From the NCBI GenBank assembly GCA_965213705.1, contig OZ243913.1, positions 3,360,001 through 3,424,000 of the forward strand: a stretch of 64,000 nt of DNA. Direction: 5' to 3'. Both the position numbers and the translations under genes were made by a program. Positions 9,928 to 19,794 of the stretch are shown here, one piece after another; within the stretch, counting starts at the first letter, position 1; every line of letters begins with the position of its first letter. Under the pieces are notes generated by a model that saw nothing but the letters and a program-made list of their open reading frames with translations, had not been told where the DNA came from and made no database searches. This DNA comes from Trueperaceae bacterium (lineage in GTDB: Bacteria > Deinococcota > Deinococci > Deinococcales > Trueperaceae).

Positions 9928-11045
9928 GCGGTTCCGCCCGGCACATCGTAATGGTGAGCTGGAAAGACGTTTCTCACCCCAAGCGGGGCGGAGCCGAAAC
10001 CTATACCCTGACGGTGCTCCACGGCTTGCGGCAGCAGGGTTATAGGGTTACCTGGCTCGTGCCCGCGGTACAGGGTTTGCCGGCGGGAGAGGTGACCTCC
10101 GGCGGCGTTCGGATTGTGCGGGGCGGCGGCACCTTTACGCACCTCTTACACAGCTGGCGCTACCTGCTCGCAAACCGAAACGCCGTCGACCTCGTCATCG
10201 ACCAAGTCAACGCTTACCCGATGCTGACCTGTCTGGTCGTGCCGCCGCGCAAAGGGATGGTGCTCCTTCACCAACTCAGCCGTGAGGTGTGGTTTTACGA
10301 ACTGCCCCGCCCGCTGGCCCGGGTCGGCTACCACCTCGAGCCGCTACTGTTGCGGCTCTACCGGCGCTGGCCTGCGGTAACCGTGTCGCAGAGCAGCGCC
10401 GCGGACTTGCGCGGCCTCGGCTTCAAAAACGTCACGGTCGTCGAAAACGCCCTGCCTTTTCCGCTGCCGCCGCAACGAACGCGAACCCGGCCCGAACCGC
10501 CTCACTTCGTCGGCCTGGGCCGACTGGTCAGGATGAAGCGTTTTGAAGACTTGCTCGAGGCTTTTACCGAAGTCAGGCGGACCCTGCCGAGCGCAAAACT
10601 CACGATTATCGGCCGCGGGGGCAGCGCTTACGCCGCAGAGCTTGCGCAAAAAGTGCGGGCCACGGACGGCGCTACGCTGCTTAAAGACGCCCCCGAAAAC
10701 CTTAAACACGAAACGCTCGCCGCGGCCACGGCGGTAGTCGCCACCTCGGTGCGCGAAGGCTGGGGGCTTATGGTGACCGAGGGCCACGCTTACGGCACGC
10801 CGTCGGTCGCCTACCGGTTGCCCGGCCTGCAAGACTCGACACGGGACGGTGTCGACGGGCTGCTCTGCTCCCCCCACCCGCAAGCTTTGGCCGGAACGAT
10901 GCTGGCGCTGCACGAAAACTCGGCGCGGTGGGAAGCGTTCAGCCGTGCGGCGTACAGCCGCGTCGCAGAGTTGACAACCGCACGCCAAACACGCGAGTTT
11001 GGCGAACTCGTCGCTCGACTCCTCGAACACCGCCCCGCCGTGTGA
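9924..11045 (+). CDS. GT4 (GT-B fold) glycosyltransferase
   Basis: WKDVSHPKRGGAE, GRLVRMKR, SVREGWGLMVTE; GTG start overlaps the upstream stop (GTGA). Confidence 0.9.
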   Translation: MSGSARHIVMVSWKDVSHPKRGGAETYTLTVLHGLRQQGYRVTWLVPAVQGLPAGEVTSGGVRIVRGGGTFTHLLHSWRYLLANRNAVDLVIDQVNAYPMLTCLVVPPRKGMVLLHQLSREVWFYELPRPLARVGYHLEPLLLRLYRRWPAVTVSQSSAADLRGLGFKNVTVVENALPFPLPPQRTRTRPEPPHFVGLGRLVRMKRFEDLLEAFTEVRRTLPSAKLTIIGRGGSAYAAELAQKVRATDGATLLKDAPENLKHETLAAATAVVATSVREGWGLMVTEGHAYGTPSVAYRLPGLQDSTRDGVDGLLCSPHPQALAGTMLALHENSARWEAFSRAAYSRVAELTTARQTREFGELVARLLEHRPAV

Positions 11046-11159
11046 GAGCGCCCCGCCGTTTGAGCAGAGTCGAAGGTGTTGCTTGAGACGTATTAAGGCA
11101 GACAACCGCCCAGCTCACGACTTAGGTGGGTCCGCAAGGGCCGGCTCGAGCGTTCGACC

Positions 11160-11354
11160 TCAGTAAAACAGCCGAAAGTAGCCGAGGGAAAACAGCAAAG
11201 AACCCAGCGTGATAAACCCGAAACCCAGAAAGGTGTAGATGGCGGTTTTGCTGATGCCCTTGCCCGCCTGAGCCCGAAAGCGGAACGCCTGTCCGAACAT
11301 ACCGAAGCCGGACAGGACAAAAATGAGGCCTATCGTGAACACGAACCAGTCCAT
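11160..11354 (-). CDS. Small two-TM membrane protein
   Basis: 64 aa with two hydrophobic helices separated by a basic loop. Confidence 0.6.
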   Translation of the reverse strand: MDWFVFTIGLIFVLSGFGMFGQAFRFRAQAGKGISKTAIYTFLGFGFITLGSLLFSLGYFRLFY

Positions 11355-11611
11355 ACAGCTACCCTACCAGAAAAGTGCCGAAATTGTTTGAAAGCTGGCG
11401 CGCAAGTTTTCAATCACGCTCCACCCAACGCCCGAGTCCGCCGGGTCGTCACGGCGTTCCGTTCACGCACCGTCCGTCTTTGATGCCACCGGGCCGACGC
11501 TTTTGCTCAGCCGGAAACGGTGGGCGTACCCGAGAAGCGTTCCCAAGCTTTTTGCTCCAGAGTTGGAAAAACTCGTCGAGTATAGGAGTAGATGAGGACT
11601 AGAGCCCCCGC

Positions 11612-12517
11612 CTACAGCAGCGCCGTTTTCAGGTAATGCACCCACAACCCCTGGTACCAGCCGTAGCTTTCGGCCAGCTTGGCCGCATCGCCGCGGCTGA
11701 TGCTGAGGCCGCCCGTGTAGGCGCGCGACACGCCCTCCAGCAGCCAAGTATCTGTCCACGGGCTCCGCTCGTAGCGCCCCAAACCGCGCAGCATAACGTA
11801 CTGCACCGACCAGTCGCCCAGGCCCGGAAACGTCTTGACACGGCTGTAAACCTCGTCGTAGGGCGCAGTCCGCAAAAACGTCTCGTCCTCGGCCAGCAGC
11901 GCCCTTGCCAAGGGCAACAGTCTTTCGGTCTTGCGGGTGTTGTTCGTCGCGGCCAAAACGAGCGGGGGCGCGTCCGGGTCGAGAAAGGCTGACGGCTCGG
12001 GAAAAACTGTGTAGGTTTCACCGTCCATACTCAGCGCAGAACCCAAAGTCTCGCTCAGCGCCGCCATCGTTTTGAACGCGAAGCTGTTGGGCGTCCGCTG
12101 GGTGACGAGCGCCCAGCACAAGCAGGTGAACAGCGTCGGGAACTTGACCTGGTGGTAGCCGTAGAGCTGCTCCAACACGGGCCGAAACGCGTCGTCCCGG
12201 CGAGCATGGGCGTAGAACGGCGTCAGGTCGTCGTCCAAGCCGAGGTACCACCGCAGGTGCTCGAGCACCCTCTCGACCCGTTTCTTACGAAGCGCGTCCG
12301 GCGCGGTAAGAACGGCGCGGAGTTCGGGACGCTCCACCGTGCCCGTAGAGCTGAGTTCGACGAGCACCGGGCCGTCGCCCACCCGAAAAGCTTGAGTGAG
12401 GCTGTTCGCCCCCACTCGTTTGTAAACGCCGTCGGCCTGAAAACGCGCCAGCACCGCCAGCGTGCGGGCAAAGTCAAAGGGCGGCGTCGGCGTCAGCGTC
12501 CGGGTAACTGTGTTCAT
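11612..12517 (-). CDS. alkA: DNA-3-methyladenine glycosylase II (AlkA family)
   Basis: TPPFDF N-domain; HhH motif FPGLGDWS; YGWYQGLWVHYL; start ATG 12517. Confidence 0.85.
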   Translation of the reverse strand: MNTVTRTLTPTPPFDFARTLAVLARFQADGVYKRVGANSLTQAFRVGDGPVLVELSSTGTVERPELRAVLTAPDALRKKRVERVLEHLRWYLGLDDDLTPFYAHARRDDAFRPVLEQLYGYHQVKFPTLFTCLCWALVTQRTPNSFAFKTMAALSETLGSALSMDGETYTVFPEPSAFLDPDAPPLVLAATNNTRKTERLLPLARALLAEDETFLRTAPYDEVYSRVKTFPGLGDWSVQYVMLRGLGRYERSPWTDTWLLEGVSRAYTGGLSISRGDAAKLAESYGWYQGLWVHYLKTALL

Positions 12518-12588
12518 AAGCCCCACACCTGCCTCATCACGACCGGAGATGTCGAAGTCGTTCTCGCGGTTGAATTCTAACGCTGCTT

Positions 12589-13203
12589 TCAGTTCAACTC
12601 GTCGAGCGTGAGCAAAAAACTGGGCACGTAGGTCTCGAGAAACACCTTTACCTCGGGGGACTCGAGCCGCGCCAACTCGGTTCGAATCGCTTTTTCGGCC
12701 TGGACGAACTCGCCGTTGCCGGTTTTGAGTTCTTCCAAACATTTTAGGTAAGCGCAAATTTTGTCGGCGGCGCGCACCAACGCCCAGGCCGCCTCGTCGG
12801 CACCGTCGGGGAAAAAGAGGGTTTGGTAAGTCGGGCGCAGCGCCTCGGGCAGCATGTCGAGCAGTTTTTCCTTGGCGACGACTTCGATGTCACGGTAAGC
12901 CTGTTTGATTTGCGGGTTGAAATACTTGATGGGTGTGGCGAGGTCGCCGGTAATCACCTCGCTCGAGTCGTGAAACAGCGCCAGCGTCGCGGCCCGTTCG
13001 GGGTTGACCGCGCCGCCGAAGTGGGTGTTTTCGATGACAGCCAGCGCGTGCGCGATCATGGCGACTTGCAGACTGTGCTCCATGATGTTTTCAGTTTCGG
13101 TGTTGCGCATGAGGCCCCAGCGGTCGATAAACTTCATGCGGGCCAAGTAGGCGAAAAAGTGGCTGGGTTCGTTCGTAGCTTTCACAAAAAGCCAGCCTAA
13201 CAT
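12589..13203 (-). CDS. yfbR: 5'-deoxynucleotidase (HD domain)
   Basis: SHFFAYLARMKFIDRWGLMRN, EHSLQVAMIAH, FHDSSEVITGD, ADKICAYLKC; true start may be GTG 13185. Confidence 0.93.
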   Translation of the reverse strand: MLGWLFVKATNEPSHFFAYLARMKFIDRWGLMRNTETENIMEHSLQVAMIAHALAVIENTHFGGAVNPERAATLALFHDSSEVITGDLATPIKYFNPQIKQAYRDIEVVAKEKLLDMLPEALRPTYQTLFFPDGADEAAWALVRAADKICAYLKCLEELKTGNGEFVQAEKAIRTELARLESPEVKVFLETYVPSFLLTLDELN

Positions 13204-13210
13204 CCCGGGT

Positions 13211-14002
13211 CTAACCCCGGGTCTCCCGAGCTTGCGCCCGCGTCCTCGCCACGCCGCGCAGCACGAACACGTAACCGACCACGCCGATGAGCGCGAACGA
13301 AAACCACTGCAGCGCGTAGCCCAGGTGCGGCCCGTCGCCGAACTCGGGCGGTTTGAGGGGCAAGGGCAACTCGCTGGTTTGCGCGGGCGACTGCGCGGTC
13401 AACTCGACGTAGAGGGGCAACAGGGTGTAGGGCAGCTGCTGTTCTAAACGGTCCGTGTCGACGTAAGCGGTGATGGCGAGTTTGCCCGGCGGGTCGCGCG
13501 GGGTGAGGCCTGAGCCCAGGCCCGTCGGCCGCTTTTGCTCGGGTTGCACCACGCCGGTAAGCCTGACTTCACCCTCCGGCGGCAGCGCAGCGTGGACGGG
13601 CGGCGTCTCCAGGTCGAAGGGCACCCAGCCGCGCTCGACCAGTACGGCTTCCTTGTTACTCAAAACCAGCGGCGTCAGCACGAAGTAGCCGGGTTGCCCG
13701 TCGTAGTCGCCGCCGCCGCGCAGCAAGACCTCGTGGGCAGGGTCGTAGCGGCCGGTCACGGTGACGGGGCGGTAAGCGCTGCTCCGGAGGTCGCTCGGCG
13801 GGGCGTCGGGCCGGGTTTCGGCAAGCAACTTGTCGAGGGGTTCGGGCTCCAGCGCCAGACGCGTCTCGAGCAGGGCGTTTTGCTCCTTGCGCTGCTCGAG
13901 CCTGTGCAACTGCCAAACTCCGAAGTTGACAAACAACACCGCTAACGCCACACCTAAACCGTGCAACACCAACCAGCGGGGTTTGAGTAAAAAGCGGTAC
14001 AT
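13211..14002 (-). CDS. SURF1 family cytochrome oxidase assembly protein
   Basis: FGVWQLHR, VERGWVP, HLGYALQWFSFA; downstream of ctaA/ctaB. Confidence 0.92.
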   Translation of the reverse strand: MYRFLLKPRWLVLHGLGVALAVLFVNFGVWQLHRLEQRKEQNALLETRLALEPEPLDKLLAETRPDAPPSDLRSSAYRPVTVTGRYDPAHEVLLRGGGDYDGQPGYFVLTPLVLSNKEAVLVERGWVPFDLETPPVHAALPPEGEVRLTGVVQPEQKRPTGLGSGLTPRDPPGKLAITAYVDTDRLEQQLPYTLLPLYVELTAQSPAQTSELPLPLKPPEFGDGPHLGYALQWFSFALIGVVGYVFVLRGVARTRAQARETRG

Positions 14003-14135
14003 GAGAAGGCCAGTAGGCGGTGGCTAGCAGCTTACATTCCTACGAGCTACTAGCCACCGGCTACAAACCCCCACAACACCGTTTGAACGAAACACAACTC
14101 GCACTCACCCGCATTACGACCACCTCAAGGCCACC

Positions 14136-15041
14136 TTAAACGAAGAAGGCCCTATCGAGCGACATCACCAGAAAAAGCAGCGCTAAGTAGAGCATCGAGT
14201 ACTTATACAGCGGCAGCGCCGCCTTTTTGTCGATACTCCGGCCCGCTCGAACAACCTGATAAAGCTGCCCCACCCGCAGCGCCAGCAACAGGTTGAGGCC
14301 CAACGCCGCGACGAAGTAGACCACGCTGAACTCGTCCAGAAAAAACGGCGTGAGGGTCAAGACGATGGTGAGGACTGCGTACATCACCATCTGCAACACG
14401 GTCGCGCGCTCGCCGATGACGACCGGGGCCATCGGCACACCGACCGCCCGGTAGTCGTCCTTGATCATCAGTGCCAGCGCCCAAAAGTGAACCGGCGTCC
14501 ACACGAAAATGACCGCGAACAAACCCCAAGCGAGCAGGCTCAACTCGCCCGTCACCGCCGCCCAGCCGACCAGCGGCGGAATCGCGCCGGCCGCGCCGCC
14601 GATGACGATGTTTTGCCAGGTGGTGCGCTTGAGCCACATCGTGTAGATAAGCACGTAAAAGGCGATGCCCGCCCACGACAACAGCGCCGCCAGCACGTTC
14701 GAAACAGCCGTAATGATAAGAAACGAACCCACCGTCAGGCTTATGGCGAAGAGCAGCGCGTTTTTGACCGGAATCACCGCGGTGACGGTCGGCCGCTGGG
14801 CGGTGCGCTTCATGCGCAGGTCGATGTCGCGGTCGTAAACCATGTTGTAGACGCCCGCCGCGCCCGCCGACATGTAGCCGCCCAGCAGCACTCCCAACAG
14901 CGGTAGCAGGCCCGGAAACCCCCTGGCGGCAACAAACATGGCTCCCACCGTGGTCAGGAGCAGCAGGCTGATGACTTTGGGCTTGGTCAGCGTGAGGTAG
15001 TCGCGCCAAGTGGCTTTGGGGGTGGCGGCGACGCTGGTCAT
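14136..15041 (-). CDS. ctaB: Heme o synthase (protoheme IX farnesyltransferase)
   Basis: [51 protein letters not shown] overlaps the ctaA stop. Confidence 0.95.
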   Translation of the reverse strand: MTSVAATPKATWRDYLTLTKPKVISLLLLTTVGAMFVAARGFPGLLPLLGVLLGGYMSAGAAGVYNMVYDRDIDLRMKRTAQRPTVTAVIPVKNALLFAISLTVGSFLIITAVSNVLAALLSWAGIAFYVLIYTMWLKRTTWQNIVIGGAAGAIPPLVGWAAVTGELSLLAWGLFAVIFVWTPVHFWALALMIKDDYRAVGVPMAPVVIGERATVLQMVMYAVLTIVLTLTPFFLDEFSVVYFVAALGLNLLLALRVGQLYQVVRAGRSIDKKAALPLYKYSMLYLALLFLVMSLDRAFFV

Positions 15042-16018
15042 TCGGTCGCTTTCCGGTACGGGGTGGCTCGAGCCGCCCGCGGCGCGGCCGCGTAGCCGAG
15101 CGTGTAGGCGCTGAGCGCGGTGAGTAAAGCGAAGGCCAACACGGCGGTTCCTAAGTGCAGCAGTTGCAGCGCGACGGGCGCCAAGAAAGCTAGGTTCAGG
15201 GTGCCGATGGCGAGCTGGGCTAGGTAAACGCCGAACAACACTTGGGCCAACCGCCCGGCCTCCGGTACGGGTTTGAGCAAACGGCTCAGCCCCAACGCCA
15301 AAAACAAGTAGATTCCCACCGCCACCGCAATGACCGGGTGCAACAAACGAAGCCGGATGAGGATGTTGGAAGCCGGGTCGAAGTCGGCGGCCAGCCCCGC
15401 GCGCAAACTCTCCGACGGAAACATGGTGTTGCCGAGCGCGGCGACGCCGCCCGAGAACATCAACACCAACATGCCGACCAGGCCGACCAACAACACCGTC
15501 GCCACCCCGCCTTGGTGCGCTATACGCAGCGGCCACGGCGCTCTCGAACGGGCGTACACCACCGTAAGGGTCAGCGTGCCGACGAGGAGGAGCGAGTTAA
15601 CTAGGTGGGTCGCGACCATCACCCCTCGAGCCGTGGACGCGGTTTCACCGGTAAGCCCGAGCAGCACCGTAGCCGCGCCCAGCAAGGCCTCGACAATCAA
15701 GAACACGAACGCGGCCGTGGCGAAGACAAACAAACCCGGCTGCGCCCTGCGCGCCCGGAAGGCCCGCACCAACAGCCAAACCCCCAGCGTGAGGACAGCA
15801 AACGACAGCAACCGGTGCGAGAACTCCACGAGCGTTTCGACGCCCGCGCCCAGCGGGACGATGGTGCCGTTGCAAGTCGGCCAGTGACTGCCGCAGCCCG
15901 CGCCCGCGCCGGTCGCCCGAACGAAGGCACCTTGGAGAATAACCACGGTGTTGCCGAGGAGCGCCGCCCACGCCAACCGCCCCAGCGGCACCCCGAAAAA
16001 CCAACCTGTGAGCTTCAC
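15038..16018 (-). CDS. ctaA: Heme A synthase (COX15/CtaA)
   Basis: [27 protein letters not shown], conserved His residues in TM segments; GTG start 16018. Confidence 0.9.
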   Translation of the reverse strand: MKLTGWFFGVPLGRLAWAALLGNTVVILQGAFVRATGAGAGCGSHWPTCNGTIVPLGAGVETLVEFSHRLLSFAVLTLGVWLLVRAFRARRAQPGLFVFATAAFVFLIVEALLGAATVLLGLTGETASTARGVMVATHLVNSLLLVGTLTLTVVYARSRAPWPLRIAHQGGVATVLLVGLVGMLVLMFSGGVAALGNTMFPSESLRAGLAADFDPASNILIRLRLLHPVIAVAVGIYLFLALGLSRLLKPVPEAGRLAQVLFGVYLAQLAIGTLNLAFLAPVALQLLHLGTAVLAFALLTALSAYTLGYAAAPRAARATPYRKATE

Positions 16019-16335
16019 CCTGCCACCTTCTTTTCTTGTCAGCTCGTTTCTTCGCCCTTTTCTCACACGTCTCAACTCCACAGTATAGCCGCTAAAACCC
16101 CGCGGAAACCGAGGACAATTGTCCTTCAGCACAGGTTTTGGGCCTGTCGTGGCCGCCGCGCCGAGCGCGCACGCGCGGCTCGAGCCGAGTTTAACCGGTA
16201 AGCTGGCGGCTTCAGTGTGACCCACGGCAGGAACCCCCGACGCGTCGTTGTCGGTTTGCCATTAGTCGGTGTGCTGTTATCGGTGTGTCGTTGTCGGCTC
16301 GCCCCCTGCCCGCGCCGCCCGTTAAGATAGCCCCT

Positions 16336-17025
16336 ATGCGCGTTTTAGCTGTTTTTGCCCACCCGGACGACGAGCTGAGCTGTCTCGGCACCCTGAAAAA
16401 ACACGCCGAGCGCGGCGACGACACGATGTTGGTTTGGACCACGCACGGCGAGTTGGCAAGCCAGTTCGTCGCGGAAAGCGAGGCCGAGGTGCGCCGAATT
16501 CGGCTCGAGCACGGCGCTTGGGTCGCCAAGAAAGTCGGCGCTCGTTACCACTTTTTCGACATGGGCGACTCGCGTATGACCGGCTCGAGGGCCGAGGCCT
16601 TGCAAGTCGCCCGCCTCTACTCCGAGTTCAAACCCGACGCCGTCCTGACCTGGAGCGACGACCACCCGCACCCCGACCACCGCATGACGGCCAAAATCGC
16701 CTTCGACGCGGTTACCCTGGCGCGCATCCCCAAAATCTTGAGCGAACAAAGCCCGGAGACCTTAGCACCTCACCGCGACGCGGTCAGGTTTTTTCAGTAC
16801 CCGTCGTCGGCTTTCAACCGCCCGGTCGTTCACGTCGACATCAGCGAGCACATCGACACGGTTACGGAAATTTTTGAGTTTTACCAAGGTTTTTACGGCT
16901 GGAAGTACACGCCCGAGCAGTTTCGCCAGGGTCGGGCCGCGCTCGGCCGAGACAGCGGCGTCGACTACGCCGAAAAGTTCCAGCGCCGCAGCGCCGTCAC
17001 GCCCGCCGTGGACTACCTGGTTTAA
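16336..17025 (+). CDS. PIG-L/LmbE family deacetylase (BshB-like)
   Basis: AHPDDE, THGE, HPHPDH motifs. Confidence 0.9.
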   Translation: MRVLAVFAHPDDELSCLGTLKKHAERGDDTMLVWTTHGELASQFVAESEAEVRRIRLEHGAWVAKKVGARYHFFDMGDSRMTGSRAEALQVARLYSEFKPDAVLTWSDDHPHPDHRMTAKIAFDAVTLARIPKILSEQSPETLAPHRDAVRFFQYPSSAFNRPVVHVDISEHIDTVTEIFEFYQGFYGWKYTPEQFRQGRAALGRDSGVDYAEKFQRRSAVTPAVDYLV

Positions 17026-17084
17026 GACCGCTTGGTTTAAAACCATCTGGTTTAAGACCGCCGGTTTAGGACTACCTGGTTTAA
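17011..17084. repeat. Five ~15-bp tandem repeats beginning with the last codons of the deacetylase gene
   Basis: gactacctggtttaa gaccgcttggtttaa aaccatctggtttaa gaccgccggtttag gactacctggtttaa. Confidence 0.85.
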
Positions 17085-17345
17085 ACGTCAGGTCTGAACG
17101 TTACAGCGGGGCTGGTTTGGGTGGGTCCGGCTCGAGCGGGGTTTGTGAGCCGGCTTTTGGGGGTGACACACGGCGCTCTCACAGTCCTTAGTCATGATTG
17201 GTTAGAGTAAAGCGTAAACGCTCGCCGGGCGTGTTTGTTAAACTGAGGTGTTTGTCGCACCGGCACGCTCCAGCGGCACACACGCTGTCAACGCCGCAAA
17301 ACACGTTTGGCTTTGAACCGGGTCGACCCAGCATCGGAGGATATT

Positions 17346-18431
17346 TTGATAGCACGCGTAAGCTTACTTTTGGTTCTCGGTCTGTCGCTCGCCCACGCCC
17401 AAGAGGCCGGGTCGGTCACCGACTATGTTCAAAACGGCAACCTCAACTACGCGCGGGGCGACTGTCAGTTTGCGCAGTACTTTTTTCAAGAGGCCTTAAA
17501 GCTCGAGCCCAGCAACCTAGACGCCGCGCTCGGCAAGGGCAAGGCGCTGGTGTGTCAAGGCGCGTACGACGCCGGCATCACCGAGTTTGAAAACGTCTTG
17601 AACGCCAGCCCCAACAACGTAGCGGCGCGCGTCCAACTGGCACAAGCCTACCAAAAGCAGTACGACAGCGACCGCCAGCGCTACGGCAGCCGCCTCGACG
17701 ACGCCCTCAACCTCGTCCAAACGACCGAACTGCTTGGCGCGGACAACGCCGAACTGCTCAACGTCAAGGGCGTGGTTTTGGCCCAACTCGGCGATACGGC
17801 GGGCGCTAGAGAAGCCCTGGAGCGCGCCATCACCCTCTACAGCAACATGAGCGCCGAGGACCAAGCGATTACTCAAATCAACCTGGGCAAGGTGTACTTG
17901 CAGTTGGACGAGCGCGAGTCCGCCTTACAAGCCTTCAAACGGGCGGTGGCCCTCAATCCGGCGAGCGCGTCGGCGCACAACAACGTCGGGGCGACCTACT
18001 TCGCCCTGGGCGACTGCGACCAGGGCATTTACGAACTGTCGCAAGCCGTCAACCTGAACCCAAGTTCGCTCGACGCGACGTTCAACCTGGGCCGCGCCAA
18101 GTTCGACTGCGGTCAGGTCGACAGTTCCATTCCCCACTTCGAGGCGGCGCTCAACTTGCAAGGCAACTTAAACATCCCCCAGCTCTACACTTACTTGTCT
18201 CGAGCCTACGCCAGCGTGGGCCGCTACGACGACGCGGTGCTGCGCGCGCAACAAGGCGCGCTGTTGCCGCCCAACTCCGCCGAGGCTTACTTTTACTTGG
18301 GCCAAGCTTTCGAAGCGCGCGGCGGGGCGAACGACGTCAACAACGCCTGCGACGCTTACCAAACGGCACTCGACTTGGAACCGACGTACCAACCCGCCCT
18401 GGACGCTGCCGCCGCTTGCACGACAAACTAA
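17346..18431 (+). CDS. Secreted tetratricopeptide-repeat protein
   Basis: GGAGGA RBS with TTG start; signal peptide ending AHA-Q; multiple TPR units (NLGKVY, NNVGATY, FNLGRA, FYLGQA). Confidence 0.88.
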   Translation: MIARVSLLLVLGLSLAHAQEAGSVTDYVQNGNLNYARGDCQFAQYFFQEALKLEPSNLDAALGKGKALVCQGAYDAGITEFENVLNASPNNVAARVQLAQAYQKQYDSDRQRYGSRLDDALNLVQTTELLGADNAELLNVKGVVLAQLGDTAGAREALERAITLYSNMSAEDQAITQINLGKVYLQLDERESALQAFKRAVALNPASASAHNNVGATYFALGDCDQGIYELSQAVNLNPSSLDATFNLGRAKFDCGQVDSSIPHFEAALNLQGNLNIPQLYTYLSRAYASVGRYDDAVLRAQQGALLPPNSAEAYFYLGQAFEARGGANDVNNACDAYQTALDLEPTYQPALDAAAACTTN

Positions 18432-18448
18432 CACTTTGCTGAATCAGC

Positions 18449-18479
18449 AAAAAAGGCCCCAGGACTCGGGGCCTTTTTT
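18449..18479. terminator. Bidirectional intrinsic terminator
   Basis: AAAAAAGGCCCC-aggactc-GGGGCCTTTTTT between convergent genes. Confidence 0.85.
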
Positions 18480-18683
18480 CTAGGGATTTAAGAATACCCA
18501 TAACACCGAAATGATTTTGTCATGTCATAGTTTGAGTTTAAGACAACACGCCCCGCGCGGGTTTGTTGACGTCACGACATCAATAAATCACTTTGGTATG
18601 AGGTGCAAGTTTAAAAGCATCGGGTTCACGATACTCGAGCCAGTGCCCCGTTTCAAGCTGTTGCCTCTACCTCGAGCCTGTCT

Positions 18684-19529
18684 CTAAGCTTTTTCATTGT
18701 ACTCGTAAAAGCCCCGCCCCGACTTGCGCCCCAACCGCCCCGCCTCGACGAGTTTGCGCAGCGTCTGCGGCGGCCGGAAACGCTCACCCAGGGCCTCGGT
18801 CATCGACTCCGTGATGAGGAGCATCGTGTCGAGCCCGACGTAGTCGGCCAGTTCCAGCGGTCCCATCGGGTGGTTGAGACCGAGCTTGACGGCGGTGTCT
18901 AAGTCGCGCGCTTCGGCGACGCCTTCTTCCAACATCCGCATCGACTCGGTGAGCAGCGCCGCCAGCGCCCGCGTCGTCACGAAGCCCTGGCGGTCGTTGA
19001 CCACCACGGTCGTTTTGCCGCACGCCCTGGCGACCTCTTCGGTCGTTTGCAGGGTCTGGTGAGAGGTTTGCAGCGCCCGCACGATTTCGACGAGGGCCAT
19101 GCGCTCGGGCGGGTTGAACCAGTGCATCCCGATGACTTGTTCGGGCCGCGTCGTCACCCCGGCGAGTGCCGTGACCGACAGCTCGCTCGTGTTCGTCGCC
19201 AAGACCGCGTGCGCCGGAGTAAGGCGGTCGAGTTGCTGAAACAAACTACGTTTCAGCTCGAGCTTTTCCGGTACGGCTTCGATGACGAAGTCCGCGGTTT
19301 CAGCCGCCGCCGCGAGGTCGGTCGTGGTGGTCAGCTTGGCGGCGACCGTGGCCTCGTCGCTGCGCTTGAGGACGCGGGCGTGCGCCTTGTCCAAACTCGC
19401 CTGGTACGGGTCGTAAAGCCGCACATTAAAACCGCTCACAAGGCACAGCGCGGCAATCCCGCCGCCCATCGTGCCCGCGCCCATCACGGCAACCGTTTCA
19501 ACCTTGGGGTCAAGCTTCGTTTCGCTCAT
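18684..19529 (-). CDS. 3-hydroxybutyryl-CoA/3-hydroxyacyl-CoA dehydrogenase
   Basis: GAGTMGGG Rossmann motif, EAVPE, ATNTS, GMHWFNP, HPMGPLELAD, GRKSGRGFY. Confidence 0.93.
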   Translation of the reverse strand: MSETKLDPKVETVAVMGAGTMGGGIAALCLVSGFNVRLYDPYQASLDKAHARVLKRSDEATVAAKLTTTTDLAAAAETADFVIEAVPEKLELKRSLFQQLDRLTPAHAVLATNTSELSVTALAGVTTRPEQVIGMHWFNPPERMALVEIVRALQTSHQTLQTTEEVARACGKTTVVVNDRQGFVTTRALAALLTESMRMLEEGVAEARDLDTAVKLGLNHPMGPLELADYVGLDTMLLITESMTEALGERFRPPQTLRKLVEAGRLGRKSGRGFYEYNEKA

Positions 19530-19532
19530 AGC

Positions 19533-19596
19533 TGACAGTCTACAGGGTTGACAGCTTACCGGATTGACAGTCTACAGGGTTGACAGCTTACCGGTT
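19533..19596. repeat. 32-bp tandem duplication with 16-bp sub-period directly upstream of the dehydrogenase start
   Basis: tgacagtctacagggttgacagcttaccgg occurs at 19533 and 19565. Confidence 0.9.
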
Positions 19597-19794
19597 ACCG
19601 CTCGGCCTGTCGCCGTTGCTGCAAAAGCTTGTTACGGAAGAGTTCGTCGGAAAACCGCGCGGGGGCGAGGACAACCGATTTTGACAATAAACGTGAACGA
19701 ATTTGGCAGAGGTTTTCCGGCCCTTACCGGAATCCGTGTTCGCTTCGTCTCGCTCCGCCCTGGTCGACTTTGAAAGAGGCAACCGGAAAGGGTG

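Noticed and set aside
14013..14063. Inverted repeat between ctaB and SURF1 as an ncRNA
   Set aside because: A simple hairpin with no further support; probably an mRNA stability or repeat element
17011..17084. Possible CRISPR array
   Set aside because: Units are 15 bp and adjacent with no unique spacers; no cas genes in the window
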